DNA of 64,000 bases from Eubacteriales bacterium. Lineage in GTDB: Bacteria > Bacillota > Clostridia > Oscillospirales > CAG-272. Below, piece after piece: positions 1 through 9,562 of the stretch. How positions within the stretch are numbered: the stretch's first letter is position 1; each line of letters starts with the position of its first letter. Position numbers and translations under genes: made by a program. Below the pieces are notes generated by a model. That model worked only from the letters and a program-made list of their open reading frames with translations. It was not told where the DNA came from and ran no database searches. The stretch is from the NCBI GenBank assembly GCA_045632185.1, contig JAZQWF010000056.1, positions 28,168 through 92,167 of the forward strand. The letters run 5' to 3'.

Positions 1-8
1 CATATATA

Positions 9-692
9 TCACACCTCGTTTTGCATTTGTGCGGAGATATAAGCCAAAATTGCACGATAGGCGCTGCTTGTCAGGTGGATACCGTCCTCGCTGTAACAGT
101 ATTCCTTTTTCAAAAATCCATTCGTATCGCGTAGCACGCTTTGCGTGTCTAAATAACGCAGATTTCGCTTTTGCGCCAGCGCGCGGATCACGCCGTTGGC
201 GTTATCGATCATCTCGTTCGTGATGCTTTTGCAATCCGCCGTGACAGGGAAGATTGATTGTAAAACGATCCTTGTTTTAGGGGAGGCGGTGCTGATCTCT
301 ACCAGCAGCTTTTCGTAATATTTGGCAAATACACTAAGATCGTTGCGGTAATAATAAACACCGTAATCGATCCCCAGAGTGACGATCAGCGTTTGCGGCT
401 GCACGCGTGCCGCGACCTGTGCGATCCGCTCCTCCTCGCCCGTATCGGGCGCTATGATCTTTGCGTGTGTGATGCGGCTGTCTAAATTCAGATAGCGTTC
501 CTTGGTCGCCCAGATCTGCGCGGGATCGACGTCGGCACGGCTTGCCATGTGCGCGGTGATCGAGTCGCCGAGAAAGATGAGCGAGGAGATCGGATCCTCG
601 CGCGTCGGCTCATCTGCGGCATTGGCGTGCTGACAGCCGCAAAAAAGCAACAAAAATGCCAGAAAAAGCAAAAAAATACGGTTGTAACGCAT
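9..692 (-). CDS. SGNH/GDSL-family hydrolase, probable lipoprotein
   Basis: 227-aa ORF. The signal peptide ends in a lipobox-like LLFCGC. There is a GDS block (FLGDSITAH) near the N-terminus and a DGIHLT block near the C-terminus, as in SGNH hydrolases. Confidence 0.8.
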   Translation of the reverse strand: MRYNRIFLLFLAFLLLFCGCQHANAADEPTREDPISSLIFLGDSITAHMASRADVDPAQIWATKERYLNLDSRITHAKIIAPDTGEEERIAQVAARVQPQTLIVTLGIDYGVYYYRNDLSVFAKYYEKLLVEISTASPKTRIVLQSIFPVTADCKSITNEMIDNANGVIRALAQKRNLRYLDTQSVLRDTNGFLKKEYCYSEDGIHLTSSAYRAILAYISAQMQNEV

Positions 693-735
693 CGGAAATC
701 CTCCTTGTATCGTACAACCGTATTATTCACGTATT

Positions 736-1167
736 TTATTTTTTATATACGCTGTGATATTTTGCTTCGTCGCGCTTGACGCGCTTGATGCGTGCCTTGA
801 TCGTCCAGATCGTGCCCATGATCAGGAAATAAACAACGGTGAAAAGCAGGAACAGGATCAGCATGACCGATCCGCGCTGCTGAGGATCCTTATTGGGCAG
901 ATAGAGGAAAAGAAAGGCGCCGCCAACCGTTAAAACGTAGTGGATCAAAGCTTTCCAGCCAAATCTGATCAGTGTATGGCGATAAACGGTGTTTGCAACA
1001 GAAAAGAAAAAGGCGAAAGGGAGAATGGAAAGCAGGATCACGGGTTGAACGCCGAGCGTGGTGTCAACGTTCAAAACAAAATATAAAAACAGGATAAAGA
1101 ATGTGGCCGCCGTGTAATACACACAAGTGGCAAGCGCGATCTTTTTCGCGTAGTCCTTTGAATTCAT
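736..1167 (-). CDS. small multi-pass membrane protein, function unknown
   Basis: I trimmed the track ORF 736..1305 to the internal ATG (MNSKDYAKK...), giving 143 aa with about 4 hydrophobic helices. The upstream part of the ORF reads like non-coding promoter DNA. Confidence 0.5.
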   Translation of the reverse strand: MNSKDYAKKIALATCVYYTAATFFILFLYFVLNVDTTLGVQPVILLSILPFAFFFSVANTVYRHTLIRFGWKALIHYVLTVGGAFLFLYLPNKDPQQRGSVMLILFLLFTVVYFLIMGTIWTIKARIKRVKRDEAKYHSVYKK

Positions 1168-1316
1168 AAAAAGCTCCTTGAAAACATCATTGCATACATT
1201 GTAGCATAAAACGCGCAAAAAGGCAAGAGAAAACGCGTAAAAAGGCGGGGATTTGTTGACATAAGGCGGAAAAAATGGTAAAATAATAGATAGATACCAC
1301 CGCAAGGAGGGACGAT

Positions 1317-3824
1317 ATGAAAAAGATTTTGGCTGTTGACGGCAACAGCATACTCAACCGCGCGTTTTACGGCGTGCGCCCGCTTTCTACCAAGGAGGGG
1401 CTGCCTACCAACGCGCTTTTCGGTATGGTCAATATTTTGGAGCGCAATTTGAATGCGGTAAAGCCGGATTTTTGCGCGATCGCATTCGATTTGAAGCACC
1501 CGACCTTCCGCCACGAAATGTACGATGCCTATAAGGCGGGCAGAAAGCCGATGCCCGAGGAGCTGGCAACCCAGCTGCCCCTTGCCAAGGAAACGGCAAA
1601 GGCGCTTGGATTTACGCCCTTGGAGCTTGCGGGCTACGAGGCGGACGATATTCTCGGTACGCTGGCAAAAATGGCGGAGGACGCGGATTTTGAGGCGTAT
1701 ATCCTGACAGGTGACCGCGACGCCTTGCAGCTGATCTCGGATCGCGTGCATATCCTGCTTGTGACCAATAACGATACCGTTTTGACGGGAAAAGAGCAGT
1801 TCCGCGAGAAATACGGCGTGGAAAGCACGCAATTTGTGGACGTTAAGGCGCTGATGGGAGATAGCTCGGACAACATTCCCGGCGTTCCCGGTATCGGCGA
1901 AAAGACCGCGCTGAAATTGATCGCCGAGCATGGCTCACTGGAAGGTGTTTACAACGATCTGCCCACGGCGCAGCTCACGCCCTCTGTGCGTCGCAAGCTG
2001 GAAGAGGGCAAGGACAGCGCATTTTTGTCGCAAAAGCTGGCTACTATCTACCGCGAGGTGCCGCTTTCGGGGGATCTGAGCGCTTATGCCTATGAGGGAG
2101 TGAACAAGCCGGATGCACTTGCGCTGTTTACGCGTTTTGAATTCCATAGCTTTATCAAGCGTATGGGGCTTGACGAGATCACGCCCGCCGCAAGCGCCGA
2201 GCAAGCACCGCTGCCCGAGGTTGTCGCGTGTGAAAATATCGCAGATCTGCCCGAGATCGTAGCGCTTGGCGTGTACGAGAGCGGAAATTTCTGCTCGGAC
2301 GGTGAAAGTATCCGTGAAATTACCGATGAAAGCTTAAAATGCTTGCTTGCAAGCAACAAAAAGATCGTTTGCCACGATGCCAAAAGCTTGTATAAGACGC
2401 TTGCAGCGAAGGGGATCAACTATCGCGGCGCGTATTTTGATACGATGCTGGCGTGCTACGTGTTGAACGCAGGCGAGGGTGCATTTGACCTTTCGCGCCT
2501 TTCTTTGCAGTATCTTGGCAGAACGCCTGCCGAGCCGCCGCACGATCTGCTCTCGGTGATGGCGCTTTACCGCGAGACAAGCGAGCGTATCACGCGCGAG
2601 GGTGCAGAGAAGCTGCTTTTTGACATTGAAATGCCGCTTTGCGCGGTGCTTGCCGATATGGAGCTTGTCGGCTTCAAGCTTAACCGCGAGGGGCTCGTGT
2701 CCTACGGCGAGCAGCTGACCACCGTTGCCGCTGAGCTTGCCGAGCGCATCTATTACCACGCGGGCGGGGAATTCAACATTCAATCTCCCAAGCAGCTGGG
2801 CGAGGTGCTTTTTGAGCGCCTTGGTCTGCCGCACGGCAAAAAGACAAAGACCGGCTATTCCACCAATGCAGAGGTGTTGGAGAAGCTTCGCCCCTATCAC
2901 GAGATCATTGAGGATATTTTGGATTACCGCCAGGTGACAAAGCTTAATAGCACCTACGCAGAGGGCTTGCTCAAACAGATCGAGGCAGATGGACGTATCC
3001 GCACCGTCTTCAAGCAGACGGGAACCGCTACGGGCCGCCTTTCCTCGGCAGAACCGAACCTGCAAAACATTCCGATCCGTACCGAGCTCGGCAAAGAGCT
3101 ACGGCGCTATTTTATTCCCGAAAAGAACGATTATTTATTGATTGACGCGGACTACTCGCAAATCGAGCTTCGTTTGCTGGCTGCACTCTCCGGTGACGAG
3201 CAAATGATCGGCGCGTTTGCAAGCGGCGAGGATATCCATACCGCCACCGCTTCTACCGTGTTCGGCGTACCGCGTGAGGCGGTCACCGCGGACCTCCGCA
3301 AGCGTGCAAAGGCGGTCAATTTCGGTATTCTGTACGGCATGGGCGCGTTCAGTCTTTCCGAGGATCTGCACATTCCCGTGGCGCGTGCCAAGGAGTATAT
3401 CGCCAGCTATTTCGCCGCCTATCCGAGCATTGACGCCTATCTCAAAGGCGTGATCGAGCAGGCGTACCGCGATGGCTTTGTGACCACGCTGTTCGGGCGC
3501 AGACGCTATATTCCCGAGCTGAAAATGCAGAACAAGAACATGCAGCACTTCGGTGAGCGCGTGGCGGTGAACAGCCCCATTCAGGGTACCGCCGCCGATA
3601 TCATCAAGATCGCAATGATCCGCGTGAGTGAAAAGCTGAAAGAAAGCGGGCTTGATGCACGCCTTGTGCTGCAAGTGCACGACGAGCTGATCGTGGAGTG
3701 CCACAAGGACGCGGCCGAGCAGGCCAAGGCCATTCTTGTTGCCGAAATGGAAAACGCCGTTTCGCTTGCCGTCAGGCTCAAAGTAGAAGCCGCCGTTGGC
3801 GAGAACTGGTATGATACGCATTAA
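1317..3824 (+). CDS. polA: DNA polymerase I
   Basis: 835 aa. It has an N-terminal 5'-3' exonuclease region (ILAVDGNSILNRAFYG) and Pol A family motifs (DYSQIELRLLA, RRxAKAVNFGILYGM, QVHDELIVE). An AGGAGGG ribosome-binding site precedes the ATG. Confidence 0.97.
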   Translation: MKKILAVDGNSILNRAFYGVRPLSTKEGLPTNALFGMVNILERNLNAVKPDFCAIAFDLKHPTFRHEMYDAYKAGRKPMPEELATQLPLAKETAKALGFTPLELAGYEADDILGTLAKMAEDADFEAYILTGDRDALQLISDRVHILLVTNNDTVLTGKEQFREKYGVESTQFVDVKALMGDSSDNIPGVPGIGEKTALKLIAEHGSLEGVYNDLPTAQLTPSVRRKLEEGKDSAFLSQKLATIYREVPLSGDLSAYAYEGVNKPDALALFTRFEFHSFIKRMGLDEITPAASAEQAPLPEVVACENIADLPEIVALGVYESGNFCSDGESIREITDESLKCLLASNKKIVCHDAKSLYKTLAAKGINYRGAYFDTMLACYVLNAGEGAFDLSRLSLQYLGRTPAEPPHDLLSVMALYRETSERITREGAEKLLFDIEMPLCAVLADMELVGFKLNREGLVSYGEQLTTVAAELAERIYYHAGGEFNIQSPKQLGEVLFERLGLPHGKKTKTGYSTNAEVLEKLRPYHEIIEDILDYRQVTKLNSTYAEGLLKQIEADGRIRTVFKQTGTATGRLSSAEPNLQNIPIRTELGKELRRYFIPEKNDYLLIDADYSQIELRLLAALSGDEQMIGAFASGEDIHTATASTVFGVPREAVTADLRKRAKAVNFGILYGMGAFSLSEDLHIPVARAKEYIASYFAAYPSIDAYLKGVIEQAYRDGFVTTLFGRRRYIPELKMQNKNMQHFGERVAVNSPIQGTAADIIKIAMIRVSEKLKESGLDARLVLQVHDELIVECHKDAAEQAKAILVAEMENAVSLAVRLKVEAAVGENWYDTH

Positions 3825-3861
3825 AAAATGCGGGCAGAATTCAATTCTGCCCGCATTTTTT
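3823..3861. terminator. bidirectional rho-independent terminator between polA and the NERD gene
   Basis: An 11-bp stem (GCGGGCAGAAT / ATTCTGCCCGC, 3830-3854) with a 3-nt loop is flanked by an A-run on one side and a T-run on the other. Confidence 0.85.
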
Positions 3862-4688
3862 CAATGTGTGGGGAAATTATAATTATTGTTAGGGGATATG
3901 GGGCGAGGAGAGTGTTTGAATTTGCATTTGGGATAGTTAGAACACCCATAAAACATTCCGTTGCTTCCGTTTCGCATCACTAATACGCCACCGCAGCGAG
4001 GACAAATACCGTTGGAAAGCTGGGCGGCTTTTTCTTTTATGTGCGCAACATGCTCCTCGTTAGTTGCAAAGGATTGATTTTGAAGTAACGTCGTATAAAC
4101 TTGATACATTTTATTGTTATCAAGCACAGGCGTTCCATAGCTGATATACCATTTCAATTTGCTTACAGGAATGGTATAAATGGAGGATATGTTTTGCGTG
4201 TTATTCTGAACAAAAACCACAAGCGAAAATACGGGTACATCGGGAATAAGCTTTTGAATTTGTTTCACATGTACTGCGTTTTGTTGAACAGGGCTGTAAA
4301 AGCTGTTTTTTACTTTTCCATAGTTTAATACCTGCGTCCATTCTTTTCGCGTATCATCACCGTAAACTTGTCCGCTATAATTTTTTGTTTCAATTACAAA
4401 AACACCGATCGAGTTGATAAGGATATGGTCTATCTGGGTGCTGAAACCGTTACCTTGAATGAGATAGTTGTTTAATACATATTGTGCGTTCGGGATCGTT
4501 TGGCCAATGATATTGGAAACAAGCATTTCTCCTGCTTCTCCTCTTAGAGCGCTGCTTCTTTCACGGGAAATATTGTTAGCTTTCTTGCCGGAAACATTGC
4601 TTTCCTTGTAAAGAATATAGATTATTGCCGTAAGCGCAGCAATTGCAATCAGGATGATCAGCGCCAATGCAAAGACGATAAAATCCAT
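3861..4688 (-). CDS. membrane-anchored NERD (nuclease-related) domain protein with a C-terminal C4 zinc ribbon
   Basis: 275 aa. There is an N-terminal TM helix (FALALIILIAIAALTAIIYILY). The central region resembles a NERD domain (GEMLVSNII...QIDHILINSIGVFVIETKNYSG). The C-terminus is a topoisomerase-type zinc ribbon (CPRCGGVLV...YGCSNYPKCKF). A TAGGAGA ribosome-binding site is present. The gene is visibly more AT-rich than its neighbours. Confidence 0.8.
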   Translation of the reverse strand: MDFIVFALALIILIAIAALTAIIYILYKESNVSGKKANNISRERSSALRGEAGEMLVSNIIGQTIPNAQYVLNNYLIQGNGFSTQIDHILINSIGVFVIETKNYSGQVYGDDTRKEWTQVLNYGKVKNSFYSPVQQNAVHVKQIQKLIPDVPVFSLVVFVQNNTQNISSIYTIPVSKLKWYISYGTPVLDNNKMYQVYTTLLQNQSFATNEEHVAHIKEKAAQLSNGICPRCGGVLVMRNGSNGMFYGCSNYPKCKFKHSPRPISPNNNYNFPTH

Positions 4689-4739
4689 TTATTTTGTCTC
4701 CTATATCGGTATAGATATTTAAAAATAGAGCAGATTGGA

Positions 4740-5963
4740 TCAATTTTTCGCATTGCGAATACACAAATTCAATACCAGTGCCACAACCGTAAGGGCAAGC
4801 AGCATGATGAAGGTCACCGTATAGCCGCCGCTGAGCTCAAGCACCTTGTTGGATGCGGTAGCAACAAACGAGCCGATCATAACCGTGAAGGTCATCAGCG
4901 CCATATTGTTCGAAAAATGCTTCATACCGAAGCGCGAGGAGGTAAATGCCGCGGTAATGGTGGGGCACGCGCCATAGGACATGCCCGTCAGGCACGCGCC
5001 GATGATGCAAAGCGGGAGAGAGGTTGCCCAAACCGCGCTCAGCGTTACCAGTGCAGCCCCGATGGTCAACAGATTGGCGCAGATCATCGTTTTGCGGCAG
5101 CCAATCACGTCAAATACCGCGCCCGTAAGGATACGCCCAAGACCGTTGCACACAGAAAGGATGCCGACAAGGGAAACGGCAAGTGCCTCGGGTGCGTTTA
5201 CCGACAGGGCAAGATTTTTGGCAAAGCTGATTACCGAGCTTCCCACGGCAGCAAGGAAGGAAATACAAAGAAAAGCCAGCCAGAACGCGGGGGTGCAAAG
5301 CATCTGCTTTGCCGTAAGATCCTGCGTTTTTTCCGTAGTTGCGGCTTTTTTGGCGGTTGCTTGGGGGAAAACAACGTCAGCACCGGGTTTTTTCAGCACG
5401 ATGCCCGCCGCAACAAGCACCACAAGGAGAGAGGCACCAAGCAGAATGTAGGTCACGCGCCAGCCAAGCGTGCTTTTGAACATCGCATCGGCAAGATTGC
5501 CAAGCACCAAGGCGGATGCGCCAAAGCCCATCATAAGGCACCCAGAGCAAAGTCCTTTTTTATCGGGGAACCAGGCGTTTACGGTGGCGATCACCACATT
5601 ATAGGCGATGCCGATACCAAGACCTGCAAGAACACCGTAGGTGAGGTACAAAAGCAGGACGGAGGCGTCCTTCAAGGCGGCTGTCAGCATAAAACCCGCT
5701 GCCGCAAAAACGCCTGCGGCAATCAGAGCCACGCGGTGTCCAAGGCGCTTTGAGATCTGTGCGCCCAAAAGTCCGCCGATGCAGAAAAACGTCATGGCAA
5801 GCGTGAAATTAAGCGCAAGATCGGATACACCCCAGCCAAATTCGGCGGATAAGGGGGAGTTCAATATGGACCAGGCGTAAAGCACACCGGCAAAAAGCAT
5901 AGCGACAACACCGATGACCATATACACCCATCTGATGGATAATTTTTGTTTGACTTCGTTCAC
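4740..5963 (-). CDS. MFS transporter, oxalate/formate antiporter (OFA)-like family
   Basis: About 12 TM helices. The N-terminal signature RWVYMVIGVVAMLFAGVLYAWSILNSPLSAEFGW is typical of OFA-family MFS proteins. I placed the start at the second GTG (5963), 8 nt after an AGGAG. The track ORF starts at 5972. Confidence 0.85.
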   Translation of the reverse strand: MNEVKQKLSIRWVYMVIGVVAMLFAGVLYAWSILNSPLSAEFGWGVSDLALNFTLAMTFFCIGGLLGAQISKRLGHRVALIAAGVFAAAGFMLTAALKDASVLLLYLTYGVLAGLGIGIAYNVVIATVNAWFPDKKGLCSGCLMMGFGASALVLGNLADAMFKSTLGWRVTYILLGASLLVVLVAAGIVLKKPGADVVFPQATAKKAATTEKTQDLTAKQMLCTPAFWLAFLCISFLAAVGSSVISFAKNLALSVNAPEALAVSLVGILSVCNGLGRILTGAVFDVIGCRKTMICANLLTIGAALVTLSAVWATSLPLCIIGACLTGMSYGACPTITAAFTSSRFGMKHFSNNMALMTFTVMIGSFVATASNKVLELSGGYTVTFIMLLALTVVALVLNLCIRNAKN

Positions 5964-5978
5964 AATAAACACTCCTGA

Positions 5979-7364
5979 TTAGTCTTGCTTCGGCGCAAGC
6001 AGCTTCAAAATTTCAAAAATAGAGCCGATGGGGATCAGCTGAATATCCGCCTTGATCTTGCGCTTTTCCAGATTTCTGGCGGGCACCACGGCGCGGTTAA
6101 AGCCAAGGCGTGCGGCCTCCTTGACGCGATGCTCCAAGCCGGAAACGGCGCGGCACTCGCCTGAAAGCCCCAGCTCGCCGATGGCAATGAGATCGTCCGG
6201 CACAGCGCGGTCGGTAAGAGAGGAGATCAGCGCCATCGCCACCGCCATATCGGAGGCGGGCTCGTCCAGATGCAAGCCGCCGATGACGTTCAAATACACG
6301 TCATTCTGCGAAAAGCGCAGTCCAAGACGCTTTTCCAGCACCGCAAGGATCAGACAAAGGCGGTTATAATCAATACCGTTTGAGGTGCGGCGGGGAGCAG
6401 GGAAGGTGGTGGGGGACACAAGTGCCTGAATTTCCGCGATCAGGGGGCGCGTGCCCTCCATCGTGCAAACGGCACAGTTGCCGGGCGTTTCCTTGGGTCT
6501 GCCGTCCAGCAACATTTCCGACGGATTTTCCACCTCGGAAAGCCCCTCGTCCATCATTTCAAACACGCCGATCTCGTTGGTGGAGCCATAGCGGTTCTTG
6601 ATCGCGCGAATGATGCGGTAGGTCTGCTGGCGCTCGCCCTCAAAGTAAAGCACTGCATCGACCATATGCTCCAAAACCTTGGGGCCTGCGATCGTGCCCT
6701 CTTTGTTGACGTGACCGACCAGAATGACCGAGATATTATCGGCCTTGGCGCGGTTGATAAAGGCAAGGGCGGTTTCCTTCACCTGCGTGACTGTGCCTTG
6801 CGTGGAGGAGATCGCGTTGCTGTAAATGGTTTGGATCGAGTCCACGATCAAAACCTCGGGTTTTACGCGCGAAATTTCCTCTAAGATATACTCAATATTC
6901 GTTTCGGTAAGGATAGAGAGGTTCTCACCCTGCACACCAAGGCGCTCAGCGCGCAATTTCAGCTGTCCGTCCGATTCCTCGCCGGATACATAAAGCACCT
7001 TACGGCGCGTCCCCACGATATCCGAGATCTGCATCAGCAGCGTGGATTTGCCGATGCCGGGCTCGCCCGCAAGCAGTACCACCGAACCAAGCACCAAGCC
7101 GCCGCCAAGCACGCGGTCAAGCTCGCCAAGTCCCGTGGCGGTGCGGATATAGGAGGGCATCTCCATTTCCTTGTAGGGAACGGCTTTACGCGTACCCTCG
7201 CGCGCGGTAAGGGCTCTGCGGGCGCTGGGAGCTTCCTTTGACGCTTGCTCCTCTACGTCCTCAACAAAGCTGTTCCACGCGCCGCACGTGGGGCATTTGC
7301 CCATCCATTTTGGGGAGCGCGCTGCACATTCCGAGCAAATGTAAACGGTTTTCAGTCCTTTCAT
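5979..7364 (-). CDS. radA: DNA repair protein RadA/Sms
   Basis: It has an N-terminal C4 zinc finger (CSECAARSPKWMGKCPTCGAWNSF), a Walker A motif (GEPGIGKST), a KNRYG motif and a Lon-like C-terminal domain. The start was moved to MKGLK (7364), which has a GGAGG 6 nt upstream. Confidence 0.95.
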   Translation of the reverse strand: MKGLKTVYICSECAARSPKWMGKCPTCGAWNSFVEDVEEQASKEAPSARRALTAREGTRKAVPYKEMEMPSYIRTATGLGELDRVLGGGLVLGSVVLLAGEPGIGKSTLLMQISDIVGTRRKVLYVSGEESDGQLKLRAERLGVQGENLSILTETNIEYILEEISRVKPEVLIVDSIQTIYSNAISSTQGTVTQVKETALAFINRAKADNISVILVGHVNKEGTIAGPKVLEHMVDAVLYFEGERQQTYRIIRAIKNRYGSTNEIGVFEMMDEGLSEVENPSEMLLDGRPKETPGNCAVCTMEGTRPLIAEIQALVSPTTFPAPRRTSNGIDYNRLCLILAVLEKRLGLRFSQNDVYLNVIGGLHLDEPASDMAVAMALISSLTDRAVPDDLIAIGELGLSGECRAVSGLEHRVKEAARLGFNRAVVPARNLEKRKIKADIQLIPIGSIFEILKLLAPKQD

Positions 7365-7417
7365 TTCGGCCTCCATGTCGTTTTCTGTCTTTATTATACA
7401 ACATTCTGTGTACCATT

Positions 7418-8128
7418 TCAAGTACACGCGCTCAAATTCTCGCAGATCGCATCAAATAAAGTGAGTGCCAGCTTTTGCTGATAAACGGTGCTACATAGCC
7501 GCTCGCACTCCGAAGGAGTGGATAAAAATCCGCACTCAACAAGCACTGCGGGTGTTCTTGCGTGCCGCAGGAGATAAATGCTGCTTGTCGCCGCCTTGAT
7601 CTTGCGGTTGTTGCTTGGTTGCAGATGCTCCTTTACGCTGTCCTGTATCTGCTTTGCCAGTATAGCGGAGCGCTCGTCGTTTTGCGAGTACCATACCTGC
7701 ACGCCCTCGCAAGTTTCCAGCGGAAAGGTGTTCATGTGGATACTGATAAGGACGCTGTTGGGATATTTTTCCGTGTATTTGACGCGATTTTCAAGGTCGC
7801 CCTGCTTTTTGTGGCCTTTGGGCGTGCCTGCATCATAGAGCAAGCGATCCTCGGTGCGCGTTTGCACCACCGAATAGCCCGCCCCGCGCAAAAGATCGGC
7901 AAGCATTCCCGCAACGGCAAGATTGAGATCCTTTTCCAGCGCGCCGTTCACCCCCGTGGCGCCGCCGTCCTCGCCGCCGTGTCCCGCGTCAATAAGGATC
8001 ACGGGGGAATTGCAATCCGTGCTTGCGCTGGCAAGCTCGGGGTGCTCCAAACGGTAAAAAAGCGAGGAAAAAAGCAGCCCGCAGCACACAAAAAGCGCAA
8101 AAAAAGAGATCCAATGTGAAGTTTTCAT
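7418..8128 (-). CDS. cwlD: N-acetylmuramoyl-L-alanine amidase (Amidase_3), CwlD-like germination-specific amidase
   Basis: 236 aa with a single N-terminal TM helix and Amidase_3 motifs (ILIDAGHGGEDGGATG, ISIHMN). Its size and architecture match CwlD of spore formers. Confidence 0.75.
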   Translation of the reverse strand: MKTSHWISFFALFVCCGLLFSSLFYRLEHPELASASTDCNSPVILIDAGHGGEDGGATGVNGALEKDLNLAVAGMLADLLRGAGYSVVQTRTEDRLLYDAGTPKGHKKQGDLENRVKYTEKYPNSVLISIHMNTFPLETCEGVQVWYSQNDERSAILAKQIQDSVKEHLQPSNNRKIKAATSSIYLLRHARTPAVLVECGFLSTPSECERLCSTVYQQKLALTLFDAICENLSACT

Positions 8129-8158
8129 ACGCGCCTCCTAAATTCTTAACACAAAATC

Positions 8159-8187
8159 TTGACGCAAATAGCGAATAGTGTTATAAT
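8159..8187 (+). promoter_or_regulatory. sigma70/sigmaA-type promoter of the metF operon
   Basis: TTGACG (8159-8164), a 17-nt spacer, then TATAAT (8182-8187). The leader to the metF ATG is only about 24 nt, which leaves no room for a riboswitch. Confidence 0.7.
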
Positions 8188-8210
8188 CTATGTATTAGGC
8201 AGGTGATAAT

Positions 8211-9089
8211 ATGAAAATTATCGAATTATTAAAAGAAAAAAAGCTTTCTATTTCCTTTGAGGTGTTTCCGCCCAAGACCGAGAGCAATTTTGAGGGGGTA
8301 AAGCGCGCGACCGAGCAGATCGCGGCGCTGCAACCCTCCTTTATGAGCGTGACCTACGGTGCGGGCGGCGGTACCAGTCAGTTCACCCTGGATATTGCCA
8401 AGAATATCATGGAGCAATACGCCGTGCCGAGCATTGCGCATCTGACCTGCGTGTCCTCTACGCGCCAAACGGTGCGCGAGCAGATCAAGCGGATCAAGGA
8501 GGCAGGCATTGAGAATATTCTTGCGCTGCGCGGTGATATTCCCGAGGAAAAGAAGAACGAGGATCGCTCGGGCTGGGACTACACCCACGCGGTGGATCTG
8601 GTGAGGGAATTGAAGGCAGAAAACCCCGATTTTTGCGTGGGCGGCGCCTGCTACCCCGAAATTCACCCCGAAAGCGCCGATCAGCGCACGGATATCCGTT
8701 ACTTAAAGGAGAAGGTGGACGCGGGCTGCGAGTTCCTGACCACACAGATGTTTTTTGATAACAATCTGCTGTATAATTTCCTTTACAAGATCCGCGAGGA
8801 GGGCGTGACCGTTCCCGTGATCCCCGGTATCATGCCGATCACCAACGGCAATCAGGTGGCGCGAGCCATCGCGCTTTCCGGCTCGTTCGTGCCGCAGCGC
8901 TTCAAGTCGCTTGTAGACAAGTTCGGCACCGATCCCGCCGCGATGAAGCAGGCGGGTATCGTCTATGCGACCGACCAGATCATCGACCTGTTCGCCAACG
9001 GTATCACGCACGTACACGTGTATTCGATGAACAAGCCCGACGTGGCACAGAGTATTCTGCGCAATCTGTCGGATATTCTTGGGAAATGA
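8211..9089 (+). CDS. metF: 5,10-methylenetetrahydrofolate reductase
   Basis: 292 aa. The N-terminus (SFEVFPPKT...SVTYGAGG) and the overall pattern are typical of MetF. It lies directly upstream of methionine synthase. Confidence 0.9.
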   Translation: MKIIELLKEKKLSISFEVFPPKTESNFEGVKRATEQIAALQPSFMSVTYGAGGGTSQFTLDIAKNIMEQYAVPSIAHLTCVSSTRQTVREQIKRIKEAGIENILALRGDIPEEKKNEDRSGWDYTHAVDLVRELKAENPDFCVGGACYPEIHPESADQRTDIRYLKEKVDAGCEFLTTQMFFDNNLLYNFLYKIREEGVTVPVIPGIMPITNGNQVARAIALSGSFVPQRFKSLVDKFGTDPAAMKQAGIVYATDQIIDLFANGITHVHVYSMNKPDVAQSILRNLSDILGK

Positions 9090-9562
9090 GCGTTTTGATC
9101 AAAACGGACGGTCAGAAAAAGGCGGTCTTTTGCACGTTTGATCTGCGGATTGAGGGGGATCTTTGCGATCTCGGTGTGATGCAGATACGCTCGCGCGATC
9201 TCGCCGCGCATCTTGCGGGATGCAAGCGCGTGATGGTGTTTGCCGCCACGCTGGGCGCCGTGTTTGACCGCGAGCTGCAAAAGAGCACGCGCCTCTCACC
9301 CGCCCGTGCATACGAGCTGCAAATGCAGGGCCTTCGTGAGATCGAGGCCTTTTGCGATACGCTTTGCGCAGAGCTTGCAAAACAGCAGGGGAGCGCGCTT
9401 CGTCGGCGTTTCAGCCCCGGCTATGGCGACCTTTCCTTGGAGGTGCAGCGCGAGATATTCCGCGTGCTGGATCCTGCCAAGCACATCGGCCTTTGCCTTA
9501 GCGACAGCTGCGTGATGACCCCCTCAAAATCAGTAAGTGCATTCGTGGGAGTGGAAGAATGA
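9086..9562 (+). CDS. stand-alone methionine synthase activation (AdoMet-binding) domain protein
   Basis: 158 aa. The C-terminal block RFSPGYGDLSLEVQREIFRVLDPAKHIGLCLSDSCVMTPSKSVSAFVG resembles the MetH reactivation domain. Its start overlaps the metF stop (ATGA), and its stop overlaps the metH start. Confidence 0.7.
   Translation: MSVLIKTDGQKKAVFCTFDLRIEGDLCDLGVMQIRSRDLAAHLAGCKRVMVFAATLGAVFDRELQKSTRLSPARAYELQMQGLREIEAFCDTLCAELAKQQGSALRRRFSPGYGDLSLEVQREIFRVLDPAKHIGLCLSDSCVMTPSKSVSAFVGVEE

Noticed and set aside
8129-8210. I looked for a SAM or T-box riboswitch upstream of metF/metH.
   Set aside because: The promoter-to-ATG distance is only about 24 nt, leaving no room for a riboswitch aptamer.
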